43,031 nt of DNA from an uncultured bacterium (GTDB taxonomy: Bacteria; Patescibacteriota; Minisyncoccia; Phycocordibacterales; UBA9973), in contig CAITSL010000035.1 of the NCBI GenBank assembly GCA_903895055.1, positions 1 to 43,031 of the forward strand. Direction: 5' to 3'. A program made the translations under genes and the position numbers. The notes beneath the pieces were generated by a model. The model was not told the DNA's origin. It did no database searches and saw only the letters and a list, made by a program, of their open reading frames with translations. Positions within the stretch are counted from its first letter, which is position 1, and every line of letters starts with the position of its first letter. Shown one piece after another: positions 33,279-42,332 of the stretch.

Positions 33279-33857
33279 ATGACTACCATTCTGTTGTTGC
33301 TTATAAAATATAAATATTTAATCCTTTTCCCGATTATTGTAATCGAGGGTCCTTTTGCCACCGTTATCAGCGGTTTTTTAGTTTCCTTGGGCATTTTTAA
33401 TGTCTTGATCGCTTTTCCAATAATAATTTTGGGAGATTTTGTTTCGGATTCTATTTTTTATTTTCTTGGAAGATTTGGCAGTAAAACATTTCATAAGTTG
33501 ATATTCTATTTCGGAGTCACCGAAGAAAAATTGGAAAATGCAAAAAAATATTTTCAGGCCAACAACAACAAAGCAATTGTTGCTTCAAAATTTATTCATG
33601 GCGTAGGGGTCAGTGGATTGATGGCGGCCGGAGTATTGAAAATTCCATATTGGAAATATACCAGAATCTGCATCCTGACGGACATCTTACAATTTGGAGT
33701 CTTGCTTGCTATCGGATTTTTCTTCGGCCATGCTTATAAACAAATCGCGGTATATTTGGATAATTATGCAAAAATAATAAGCGCGATAGCGGTATTGCTG
33801 GCAGTCGGCCTATTTGTCTTTTATAAATTGAAGAAAAAACGCCAAAATGGAAAATAA
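33279..33857 (+). CDS. DedA/VTT-family membrane protein
   Basis: 192 aa and polytopic. The segments IEGPFATVISGFLVSLG and ASKFIHGVGVSGLMAAG match the DedA pattern. Confidence 0.75.
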   Translation: MTTILLLLIKYKYLILFPIIVIEGPFATVISGFLVSLGIFNVLIAFPIIILGDFVSDSIFYFLGRFGSKTFHKLIFYFGVTEEKLENAKKYFQANNNKAIVASKFIHGVGVSGLMAAGVLKIPYWKYTRICILTDILQFGVLLAIGFFFGHAYKQIAVYLDNYAKIISAIAVLLAVGLFVFYKLKKKRQNGK

Positions 33858-35040
33858 AAAAGAAGCTAAAATAAAATTAAATATCGCTATGATTTGCGAC
33901 CCGATCGGTAGTAATAAATCCGGCGTGGTAGTTTCAACTCTGCGTTTTGCTAAACTATTAAAAGAACGCGGACATAATGTTATTTTTATCGGCGCAAAAT
34001 CCAAGGAACATAAAAATCACAGCTGGCATGATGGTATCAAAGCCTATCGCTATCGTAGTCTCCCCGTTCCAAAATCCTGTGGCTGGTATTTGGCTTTCCC
34101 TACGGTCAGAGAATTAAAAAAAGTATTCCGGGATGAAAAGATTGATGTCATCCACATTATTTTACCCATGTCTGGGTCCGTGGTAGCCATCAAGGCTGCC
34201 CGTGCCCTTGGCATCAAAATGGTTGCGCACTCGCACTCTCAACCGGAAAATCTTTTTATGGATCTGCCGAAAATAATTCAACCAACTTTAAATAAAATGT
34301 GGAATTCCTATCTGGCTTGGACTTATGGCAAAGCCGAAACATTGATTTATCCATCCGAAATGGCCCGCACCTTGCTGGATAAATTGAGTAGAAAAAATCA
34401 GCCATCGCATGTGGTCAGTAATGGCATAAATATAAAAGATTTCAGACCACTTCCAATCGGTGATTTTTATCAGAGATTCGGTATTCCGGAAGGTGCGGTA
34501 AAATTGCTTTTTGTCGGACGTCTGTTCCCAGAAAAATCGGTTGATACTCTCATTAAAGCAGTCCCGCATATTATCAAAAAACATCCTAATACCCATATTA
34601 TGCTGGTGGGCGATGGATATTTGAGACAAAAATTAGAAAAACTAACTCGTGATCTGGGGGTAGAAAAATATATCACGTTTTTAGGATTAGTGAGCGAAAA
34701 AGATAAAATCTTGGCGTTTAACGCTTGTGATATTTTTGTCCTTCCCTCTTTGGCCGAACTTGAAGGCATGGCGGTACTCGAAGCGAAAGCGTGTGGCAAG
34801 CCGATTATTATTTCCGATGCTAAAATGAGCGCCTCGCGATTTTTTGTGGATGGAAACGGCTTTTTGTTTGAGACAAAAAATCACGAGGATTTGGCAGAAA
34901 AAGCAATCACCTTAATAGCTGATAAAGATCTCCGCGAAAGAATGGGCAAGGTGAGTTTGGAAAAAAGTAAAAATTATGATATCGAAAGAAGCGTTGATAA
35001 ATTAGAAAATATTTATTATAGCGCTTTAGAAAAAAAATGA
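33847..35040 (+). CDS. GT4-family (GT-B) glycosyltransferase
   Basis: The N-terminus GSNKSGVVVSTLRFAKLLKERGHNV and the C-terminal motif FVLPSLAELEGMAVLEAKACGKPII (EX7E-like) are present. Confidence 0.85.
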   Translation: MENKKEAKIKLNIAMICDPIGSNKSGVVVSTLRFAKLLKERGHNVIFIGAKSKEHKNHSWHDGIKAYRYRSLPVPKSCGWYLAFPTVRELKKVFRDEKIDVIHIILPMSGSVVAIKAARALGIKMVAHSHSQPENLFMDLPKIIQPTLNKMWNSYLAWTYGKAETLIYPSEMARTLLDKLSRKNQPSHVVSNGINIKDFRPLPIGDFYQRFGIPEGAVKLLFVGRLFPEKSVDTLIKAVPHIIKKHPNTHIMLVGDGYLRQKLEKLTRDLGVEKYITFLGLVSEKDKILAFNACDIFVLPSLAELEGMAVLEAKACGKPIIISDAKMSASRFFVDGNGFLFETKNHEDLAEKAITLIADKDLRERMGKVSLEKSKNYDIERSVDKLENIYYSALEKK

Positions 35041-35840
35041 AAGAATCATTTTTCGATAACAGAATTTACTACCGCACCAATGATTGGAAGCCAGCCCGGA
35101 TAACTCTCGTTTTTGTACATGGAGTTTCCGGCTCTTGTTCCGCTTGGCGGCCCTATGAAAAAATATTTGAAAATAAATATAATGTTTTGACTTACGATAT
35201 TCGCGGACACGGCAACTCAAAAAAATATCCAAACTATGAAGACTATTCGGTAAAAAATTTTGCCCTCGACTTGCATGATCTAGTCACCTTTCTCAAGATA
35301 GGGAAATTTGTGTTGATTAGTAGTTCTTTTGCTACCTTAATTGCGAGAGAGTATCTTAAACAATACAGAGAAACAGTCCTGGCTTTGGTTTTTACCTCTA
35401 CTGAGGATTTCGAGGAAGGTGATTTTCGTTTAAAAATTATGCAACCGGTTTTAAAAGTAATGACCAATATTATTAGCCTTTTCCCATTCAATCCAAAGAC
35501 TCGCGGACATGTAGATTATAGTAAAATAAAAAATTGGGATTGGAGCCCTGAGAGAAATTATGCCGACACCAGAAATACCGGATTACGTTCCCAGTTTTAT
35601 ACCATCAGACAATCCTTTCGGCCGGGACAAGATTATGAACTGGAAAAAATAAATATACCAGTGTTAATTATCCATGGCGAAAAGGATACAATCGTTCCGA
35701 TCAAAAACGCCATCGCTTTTTCCAAAAAAATAAAAAATTCCAAATTTGTAAAAATCCCCAAATATGATCATGATATCCATCATAATGCCGTCAAGGAAAT
35801 GTCTGAAGCGATTGATAATTTTGTAAAAGAGATAAAATAA
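35037..35840 (+). CDS. alpha/beta-fold hydrolase
   Basis: Shows VFVHGVSGS, the nucleophile elbow variant LISSSFAT, IIHGEKDTIVP and the His in YDHDIHH. Confidence 0.75.
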   Translation: MKESFFDNRIYYRTNDWKPARITLVFVHGVSGSCSAWRPYEKIFENKYNVLTYDIRGHGNSKKYPNYEDYSVKNFALDLHDLVTFLKIGKFVLISSSFATLIAREYLKQYRETVLALVFTSTEDFEEGDFRLKIMQPVLKVMTNIISLFPFNPKTRGHVDYSKIKNWDWSPERNYADTRNTGLRSQFYTIRQSFRPGQDYELEKINIPVLIIHGEKDTIVPIKNAIAFSKKIKNSKFVKIPKYDHDIHHNAVKEMSEAIDNFVKEIK

Positions 35841-35882
35841 AGAAAATTGACTCTCTCCTTCTTTAGGGGTAAACTTTTTAAT

Positions 35883-37154
35883 ATGGGAATGGAAAACAAT
35901 TTTGAAAAACCAAATATCGAAGCAAGGAATGAGGAGATAACATTTCCTCACGGCGAATACGGAATAAAAGAATACGAGAAAGAATATGGGAGTAACCCGG
36001 AAGAAATCAAAAAAGTAAGAGAAATTTTTGATACTTTTTTAAATTTAGAAATAGAGAACGTTCAGGTTTATAAATCTGAAAAGTTTGGTATTTCTTTCCC
36101 CTACACCCGAATTGATATGAATAGTTTTACCAAAAAACTTTACGAAAAAAGTACCGGCAAAAAAGCAGAAACTAAAAAATCAGAAAACAATTCCGAACTT
36201 GTAAGACGTGAATTTATTTTTCCTGGTGCACCTCTTAAGGGAGACTTGACCGACAACGGACCATTACATTTCGCCGGAGAATCAATGCACCAATGTATCG
36301 GCAAACTTCCTTCTGCTCTTGAAAAAATTAAAAATGGTGAAGAAGCCGAACCATTTGAAGTATTGATGCTCGGGACACCGGTTAATAAACTCGGCACAAT
36401 GTCCCCGGAATTTATGGAAAATTTCAAAAAAGATCCAACTGGCGCAATGAGTGCTGTTTTCGCAGAATTTATTGAAAAAGACATAGTAAAAAACAATAAA
36501 GATGCCAAATTAGATATTGAACTTTATGGAATTTCTTGGGGAGGAAGCCTTTCCGCCATAACTGGAGAGAAACTTTTAGAAACCGGATCATTTACCCAAG
36601 AAGTTGGTCAACTAAAAGATAAAGGGGTACCAAAAATTACTATCAAGGCACAAAACCCTATCTCTCTCAGCCGTTCCCAAATGAAGGGCCCACAAGTATG
36701 GTTGGGCTCCCCTCTTAACGATAAAGTTTCAGGAGATAAATATGGGCCTACGATGGGAAAAGAAAATCCGGAATTTATGAAAAAAATAAATAATGCTTTA
36801 GCAAAACGCGGAATACTCCCAAATATTTCAGAGCAACAGAAAAAAATGAAGAAAAAAGCGATAACAGATGTTGTTCTTTCTTTTAGAAAAGGAGTGAAAC
36901 TAAAACCTGAAACTAAAGTAACCGAAATCTATGGATTGGAGGACCTAACGACAAAGTCAGCCAGTTTGACTAGAGAAGTAAAAGAACAAAAAGAAACCCA
37001 TGGAGAAACTTTGGGACAAAATCTCGCAATACACCAAAGAGAAAATTCAAGAGTCTTTGGCGTCGAAACTTTTCATGAGATTCCCTGGTTTAGAGAAAAT
37101 GAACTAAAGAGAATTCGCAAAGCAGTAGAAAAATTAGAAGAACTAAAAAATTAA
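35883..37154 (+). CDS. hypothetical cytoplasmic protein with a GxSxG nucleophile-elbow-like motif
   Basis: 423 aa from the ATG at 35883; the tracked ORF begins at a TTG at 35847. GISWG is at 36528-36542. I recognise no family. Confidence 0.5.
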   Translation: MGMENNFEKPNIEARNEEITFPHGEYGIKEYEKEYGSNPEEIKKVREIFDTFLNLEIENVQVYKSEKFGISFPYTRIDMNSFTKKLYEKSTGKKAETKKSENNSELVRREFIFPGAPLKGDLTDNGPLHFAGESMHQCIGKLPSALEKIKNGEEAEPFEVLMLGTPVNKLGTMSPEFMENFKKDPTGAMSAVFAEFIEKDIVKNNKDAKLDIELYGISWGGSLSAITGEKLLETGSFTQEVGQLKDKGVPKITIKAQNPISLSRSQMKGPQVWLGSPLNDKVSGDKYGPTMGKENPEFMKKINNALAKRGILPNISEQQKKMKKKAITDVVLSFRKGVKLKPETKVTEIYGLEDLTTKSASLTREVKEQKETHGETLGQNLAIHQRENSRVFGVETFHEIPWFRENELKRIRKAVEKLEELKN

Positions 37155-37155
37155 T

Positions 37156-37791
37156 ATGAAAGACATAATGCAAAAATGGAAGGTGGCGTTTAAAGATAAA
37201 AATTTTTTAATCTCGTTGTTGATAGGTTTTTTATATCTTGGCCTCAGTCTTTATATAAATTTTGTCGCCGGCACTTATGCTACCGAGAAAATCAGCAATT
37301 CCGTCACCGACATTATTTTGAGCAACACTCGGGTATACGACGTAGATCTCTTTTTCGTTTATGGTCCACTCGTCCTCTTTACTTTCGTAGCAGGACTGCT
37401 TCTTCATAACCCAAAGAAGCTTCCTTTCACTCTAAAGAGCATTTCTCTTTTCACCGTTATCCGGTCAGTCTTTATCAGTTTGACTCACCTAGGTCCCTTC
37501 CCGACTGAAGCAATCACTATGAGCAGTAATTTTATAAGCAAGTTTACTTTTGGCGGAGATTTGTTTTTTTCCGGCCATACCGGCCTCGCTTTTCTGATGG
37601 CACTCCTATTTTGGAAAAATAAAACCCTCCGTTACATCTTCTTGGCCTATTCGGTTTTTATTGGCGTTGTCGTACTCCTAGGTCATTACCACTACTCTAT
37701 CGACGTACTCGCTGCCTTTTTCATAACTTATTCTATTTATCATATCTCGGTCCTTTTCTTCAAGAAAGACCAAGAAAGATTTTTAAACTAA
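37156..37791 (+). CDS. PAP2_C / sphingomyelin-synthase-like lipid head-group transferase family membrane protein
   Basis: Six-TM style. It carries the SMS-family D3/D4-like motifs GGDLFFSGHTG (37552-37581) and HYHYSIDVLAAFFITYSIYH (from 37684). Confidence 0.65.
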   Translation: MKDIMQKWKVAFKDKNFLISLLIGFLYLGLSLYINFVAGTYATEKISNSVTDIILSNTRVYDVDLFFVYGPLVLFTFVAGLLLHNPKKLPFTLKSISLFTVIRSVFISLTHLGPFPTEAITMSSNFISKFTFGGDLFFSGHTGLAFLMALLFWKNKTLRYIFLAYSVFIGVVVLLGHYHYSIDVLAAFFITYSIYHISVLFFKKDQERFLN

Positions 37792-37827
37792 TTGCACCAA
37801 AATAAGTTCCTCTCCGTATATATAAAT

Positions 37828-38247
37828 ATGGAAGAAAGTCTAAAAAGAGCCTTTCAGGCCGCAAAATATGAACCAAGTAACGAATTGGTGCTGGAGATTT
37901 GGCGCAAAATTACTGTGCGCAATAGACACATTACTTACCTGAAATTGGTGTCTTTTTCTTCTTTGGGGCTAGCTTCCTTGATAGGATTTATCCCGATGTT
38001 CAAAATTTTGGCCAACGATTTTACCCAATCCGGTTTTTATGAATATCTGTCTTTAGCCTTTTCAAGAGGCGGATTATTCTCTTCTTTTTGGAAAGAATTT
38101 ATCTTCTCTCTGGCTGAATCCTTGCCGACTATGAGCGTTGTCTTTTCATTGATTCTCATTTTTGTTTTTCTTTTATCCCTACGCTATATCATCAAACAAA
38201 TTATTAATAATAAAAAATACATAGGACCGTCCTATGTGGCAATTTAA
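37828..38247 (+). CDS. small two-TM membrane protein, candidate sigma-factor partner
   Basis: 139 aa from the ATG at 37828. About 40 aa are cytoplasmic at the N-terminus, followed by TM helices. No zf-HC2 anti-sigma motif is visible, so the functional call is weak. Confidence 0.4.
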   Translation: MEESLKRAFQAAKYEPSNELVLEIWRKITVRNRHITYLKLVSFSSLGLASLIGFIPMFKILANDFTQSGFYEYLSLAFSRGGLFSSFWKEFIFSLAESLPTMSVVFSLILIFVFLLSLRYIIKQIINNKKYIGPSYVAI

Positions 38248-38252
38248 ATTAT

Positions 38253-38732
38253 ATGCAAAAAATACATCAGAAAATGTTGCAGCTTTTTGAGTCAAAAATT
38301 TTAGTAGGAATTTTATATGGGGTCGGAATTGTAATAGTTTTAATTTTGATTTTCTCGGCCGGAGTTTCAGTTGGTTTCCACAAGGCCTCTTTTGGTCGCG
38401 CGTGGGAAGAAAATTATGGACGCAATTTCGGGATGATGCCAGAGGGTTCAGATTTTGGCAAAAACAATTTTCCCAATGCCCATGGAGCAATTGGCAAAAT
38501 AATTAAAATAGAATTGCCCACTATTATAGTACAAGACAAAGACAATCTCGAAAAAGTAGTTTTGATAAAAGACGATACGAAAATAGAAAAGATGAAAATG
38601 GAAATTAAATCAAGCGATCTGGCCATTGATGACTTTATCGTGGTGATCGGTTCCCCTGATAGTCAGGGTCAAATCGAAGCAAAATTTATTAGAATAATAC
38701 CAACACCAAATGAATTATTTCAACAAAATTAA
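38253..38732 (+). CDS. membrane-anchored small beta-domain protein (paralogue of 42333-42803)
   Basis: An N-terminal TM helix is followed by the C-terminus AIGKIIKIELPTIIVQ...SSDLAIDDFIVVIGSPDSQGQIEAKFIRIIP. This mirrors the C-terminus of the ORF at 42333. Confidence 0.5.
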   Translation: MQKIHQKMLQLFESKILVGILYGVGIVIVLILIFSAGVSVGFHKASFGRAWEENYGRNFGMMPEGSDFGKNNFPNAHGAIGKIIKIELPTIIVQDKDNLEKVVLIKDDTKIEKMKMEIKSSDLAIDDFIVVIGSPDSQGQIEAKFIRIIPTPNELFQQN

Positions 38733-40350
38733 AACTTATATTTCTTCACATAAAACAGTCAGTATAATCGCATTGATAATTATCCTTTTTATTGGGTATT
38801 GGGGATACGGTAAAATTACCAGCGGGAGCGGTGAAACTCGCTATGTTATGACTACGGCTGGGAAGGGAACAATCATTTCGCTGATCTCCGGAAGCGGCCA
38901 AGTTTCCGCTCTGAACCAAATTGGTCTAACTCCCAAATCGGGTGTTTCAGGTACGATCATGAGTGTCAATGTAGCCCCTGGAGATCAAATTAAACAAGGT
39001 CAGACTCTTTTCACAATTGATACCACCAACGCAGAGAAAACAGTTCGAGATGCGGAGATAAATTTACAAAACGCAAATTTGGCACTGCAAAAACTGCAAC
39101 TTCAAAATTCAAGCACGAGTCTTAATACTACCTTATCGAATGATTACGTTAACGGTTTCAATGCTGTTTCTGATACATTCTTAGATTTGCTTTCTACTCT
39201 CACCGGAATAAACAATATGTTAGCTCAAAACAATCTATCCGATAATGCCGCCCGAAACAGTGGAAATACTGGGATAAATTACCGAAACACAGCCGAGACG
39301 GCATATTATAGCGCCGAAACGGCATACGAAAAAAATAAAGGTGATTTTAGCGTAATCGATTATAATTCCAAACAAAGTGATATTGACGCGGTAATCAGCG
39401 AAACTTATAAGACAACCGAACTTCTGGCCAATGCCATAAAAGATCTCAATGATTATACAAATTTTCTTTCACAAAATACCGGGCGAACCTCCGATTATGC
39501 TTCTTATCAAACCACTATTTCGGGATATACCAGTACAATCAACGGGCATCTCTCCGCCTTGCTTTCCGCCCAAACAAATATTTCAAACGATAAGAATGCT
39601 TTTCCCAGCAGTGATTTGAATATGCAAACTACAGAACTTACCGTTAAACAGAGTCAAAATTCTCTGTCGGATGCCGAGCAAAATTTGTCCGATTATTATA
39701 TTCGAGCTCCTTTTGATGGAGTTGTGGCCAGTATTCCTGTTCAAAAAGGAGACACTGCCGGTTCCGGAACAACTTTGGGAACGCTTATTACCACGAAGCA
39801 GGTAGCTATCATCTCTCTCAATGAAGTGGATGTGGCCAAAATAGCCTTGGGAGAAAAAGTAACTGTCACATTTGATGCCATTCCTGATTTAACCATCGCA
39901 GGCCAAGTGGTACAAATTGATTCTGTCGGCACTGTATCTTCCGGAGTTGTCAACTATAATGTAAAAATAAGTTTTGATACTACTGATGCGCGAATAAAGC
40001 CCGGAATGAGTGTCAATACCGATATTATCACCAACATTAAACAAGATGTTTTAACTGTCCCAAACAGTGCGGTAAAAACGCAGAACGGTACCAGCTACGT
40101 GCAAATGTTTTCTACTGCCCTACCAGCTCCAATTGCCGGAGTCCAGGGTTCTCCTTCTGCCACCCCGCCGATAAATCAAATTGTCGAAATTGGTATTTCT
40201 GATGATGCCAACACCGAAATTATTTCGGGACTCAAAGAAGGCGATCAAGTAGTGACTAAAACAGTTACTGGTTCTACTGCCAGCATTACAACAAAAACAA
40301 CTTCAACCAAAAGTATCTTGGGAGGGATAGGCGGTGGTCCGAGAGATTAA
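38710..40350 (+). CDS. MacA/HlyD-like periplasmic adaptor (membrane-fusion protein) with an enlarged hairpin region
   Basis: A TM anchor is followed by the lipoyl halves SGTIMSVNVAPGDQIKQGQTLFTID and APFDGVVASIPVQKGD. The beta-barrel segment is LGEKVTVTFDAIPD...GQVVQIDS...KPGMSVNTDI. The tail is Thr/Ser-rich. Confidence 0.75.
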   Translation: MNYFNKIKTYISSHKTVSIIALIIILFIGYWGYGKITSGSGETRYVMTTAGKGTIISLISGSGQVSALNQIGLTPKSGVSGTIMSVNVAPGDQIKQGQTLFTIDTTNAEKTVRDAEINLQNANLALQKLQLQNSSTSLNTTLSNDYVNGFNAVSDTFLDLLSTLTGINNMLAQNNLSDNAARNSGNTGINYRNTAETAYYSAETAYEKNKGDFSVIDYNSKQSDIDAVISETYKTTELLANAIKDLNDYTNFLSQNTGRTSDYASYQTTISGYTSTINGHLSALLSAQTNISNDKNAFPSSDLNMQTTELTVKQSQNSLSDAEQNLSDYYIRAPFDGVVASIPVQKGDTAGSGTTLGTLITTKQVAIISLNEVDVAKIALGEKVTVTFDAIPDLTIAGQVVQIDSVGTVSSGVVNYNVKISFDTTDARIKPGMSVNTDIITNIKQDVLTVPNSAVKTQNGTSYVQMFSTALPAPIAGVQGSPSATPPINQIVEIGISDDANTEIISGLKEGDQVVTKTVTGSTASITTKTTSTKSILGGIGGGPRD

Positions 40351-40367
40351 TTAAAATTTCTAATGGA

Positions 40368-41060
40368 ATGATTGAAATAAAAAATATTATAAAAACGTAT
40401 AAAACAGGAGACGTGGAATTCAATGCTTTAAATGGGGTTTCTTTTACTGTGGCAGATGGAGAGTTTGTGGCGATTATGGGTCCATCCGGATCTGGTAAAT
40501 CAACTTTAATGCATCTTCTGGGTGCGTTGGATAGCCCAACCAGCGGGACATATTTTTTGGACGGCAAAGATGTTTCAACTCTTTCTGATGATCAATTAGC
40601 AGACACTCGCAAGGACAAAATCGGTTTCGTTTTTCAATCATTTAATTTATTGCCAAGAACAACTGTGCTCCGAAATGTGATGTTGCCACTCGTTTATGAA
40701 GGAGTCGCTTCCGACGAACGTGAAAAAAGAGCGCGGGAAGCTTTGATTTCCGCCGGTCTGGACGAAGAGCATTTTCATCACCTTTCCAATCAGCTCTCCG
40801 GCGGTCAAATTCAGCGCGTAGCCATAGCACGTGCGCTGGTAAATAATCCAACTTTAATCTTGGCAGATGAACCAACTGGAAACTTAGATACAAAAACAGG
40901 AGAAATCGTATTAGAAACTTTTAAAAAATTAAACAAAGAGCTGGGACGCACCGTTATTCTGATTACTCACGAACAAGATGTAGCGGAACATGCAGATAGA
41001 GTTCTTTTCATTAGAGACGGACTATTGGTCGAAGATAAAATAATTCATAAACATATTTAA
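40368..41060 (+). CDS. MacB/LolD-type ABC transporter ATP-binding protein
   Basis: Walker A (GPSGSGKST), the signature LSGGQIQRVAIARAL, Walker B (ILADEPTGNLD) and the H-loop (ITHE) are all present. Confidence 0.9.
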   Translation: MIEIKNIIKTYKTGDVEFNALNGVSFTVADGEFVAIMGPSGSGKSTLMHLLGALDSPTSGTYFLDGKDVSTLSDDQLADTRKDKIGFVFQSFNLLPRTTVLRNVMLPLVYEGVASDEREKRAREALISAGLDEEHFHHLSNQLSGGQIQRVAIARALVNNPTLILADEPTGNLDTKTGEIVLETFKKLNKELGRTVILITHEQDVAEHADRVLFIRDGLLVEDKIIHKHI

Positions 41061-41061
41061 C

Positions 41062-42285
41062 ATGAAAATCTACGACGTTTTAAAAGAAACATATTCCGCT
41101 TTGTCGAGCAACAAAGTTCGTACTGGACTTACGATGCTTGGGATTATTATCGGCATCGGTTCCGTAATCGCCATGACTGCTATCGGGACTGGAGCTCAAA
41201 ATTCCATCTCTTCTAGTATCCAGTCGATCGGAGCAAATTTGGTAATGGTCATGCCAGGAGCTCAAAGAAGTTTCGGGGGGCCTAGTGGCGCCCGAGGAGG
41301 AGCTCAAACTCTTACCGTGGCGGATGCCGATGCAATAGAATCTCAAATTTCAAACGTGGCAGGAGTAGTGCGGGAAGTATCTTCTCGAAAGCAAGTGGTG
41401 GCAACTGGCACAAATACTAACACAAGTATCATTGGCACAGAGCCATCTTATTCAACTGTCCGAAATATTGCTATTGATGAAGGTAATTTCATATCAAGTC
41501 AAAATGTGTCAAGTGGTGCAAAAGTAGCAGTCCTTGGACCCACAACCCGCGATGATTTATTTGGGGTAGGAGCAACTGGAGTCGTTGGACAAAAAATTCG
41601 TATCTCAGGAATGGAATATAGCGTAATAGGTATCACCATAGCCAAGGGCGGTTCCGGATTTTCCAACACTGATGACGTAATCTATGTTCCGTACACAACT
41701 GCACAGAGATACCTGTCTGGTAATAAATATTTAAGTGAAATAGATGTTTCAGCAGAGAGTTCTAATGTGTCCTCCCAAGTGCAAACGGACATTACTGGTC
41801 TACTTATGGCAAGACATAACATCACCGACTCAACTAAGGTTGATTTTAATACAATGAATCAAGCAGATATTATTGCAACCGCCTCTTCGGTGACAAGTAC
41901 TTTTACCACCCTGCTCGCAGCTATTGCTGGCATTTCGCTCTTGGTAGGCGGAATTGGCATTATGAACATGATGTTGACGACTGTCACTGAACGAACTCGC
42001 GAAATTGGATTACGCAAAGCGATCGGCGCGAAGCGAAGAGACATCAACTTCCAATTTTTAACTGAAGCGGTGGTGCTTACTTTTACTGGTGGTTTTATGG
42101 GAATTATCTTAGGTTGGCTAATTGCTTTTATTATAAGTTATCTGGGAATTGTACAGGCTTCAGTTTCGCTATCTTCAGTACTGCTGGCATTTGGAGTATC
42201 GGCATTGATTGGAATTGTCTTTGGTTATTATCCGGCCAGGCATGCTTCGTCCCTTAATCCAATTGACGCATTGAGGTATGAATAG
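41062..42285 (+). CDS. MacB-type ABC transporter permease (FtsX-like)
   Basis: 407 aa. A MacB periplasmic domain lies between TM1 and TM2, followed by the FtsX C-terminus (TERTREIGLRKAIGAKRRDI...YPARHASSLNPIDALRYE). Confidence 0.9.
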   Translation: MKIYDVLKETYSALSSNKVRTGLTMLGIIIGIGSVIAMTAIGTGAQNSISSSIQSIGANLVMVMPGAQRSFGGPSGARGGAQTLTVADADAIESQISNVAGVVREVSSRKQVVATGTNTNTSIIGTEPSYSTVRNIAIDEGNFISSQNVSSGAKVAVLGPTTRDDLFGVGATGVVGQKIRISGMEYSVIGITIAKGGSGFSNTDDVIYVPYTTAQRYLSGNKYLSEIDVSAESSNVSSQVQTDITGLLMARHNITDSTKVDFNTMNQADIIATASSVTSTFTTLLAAIAGISLLVGGIGIMNMMLTTVTERTREIGLRKAIGAKRRDINFQFLTEAVVLTFTGGFMGIILGWLIAFIISYLGIVQASVSLSSVLLAFGVSALIGIVFGYYPARHASSLNPIDALRYE

Positions 42286-42332
42286 GTCGTCATTTAATAG
42301 TTAAAAACTATAAGTTAATAAATATAAAAAAT

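Noticed and set aside
114-42047. Many 60-135-aa ORFs in the track lie antisense to or inside larger genes. Examples are 114-305, 2033-2335, 5865-6266, 6399-6896, 7125-7532, 10183-10838, 14404-14749, 17637-17987, 24721-25342, 27741-28112, 29450-29812, 36140-36508 and 40286-40567.
   Set aside because: Each lies fully within a well-supported gene on the opposite strand or in another frame. They have low-complexity, stop-poor, mirror-codon composition (rich in Phe, Ser, Ile, Lys) and no recognisable motifs. They are shadow ORFs.
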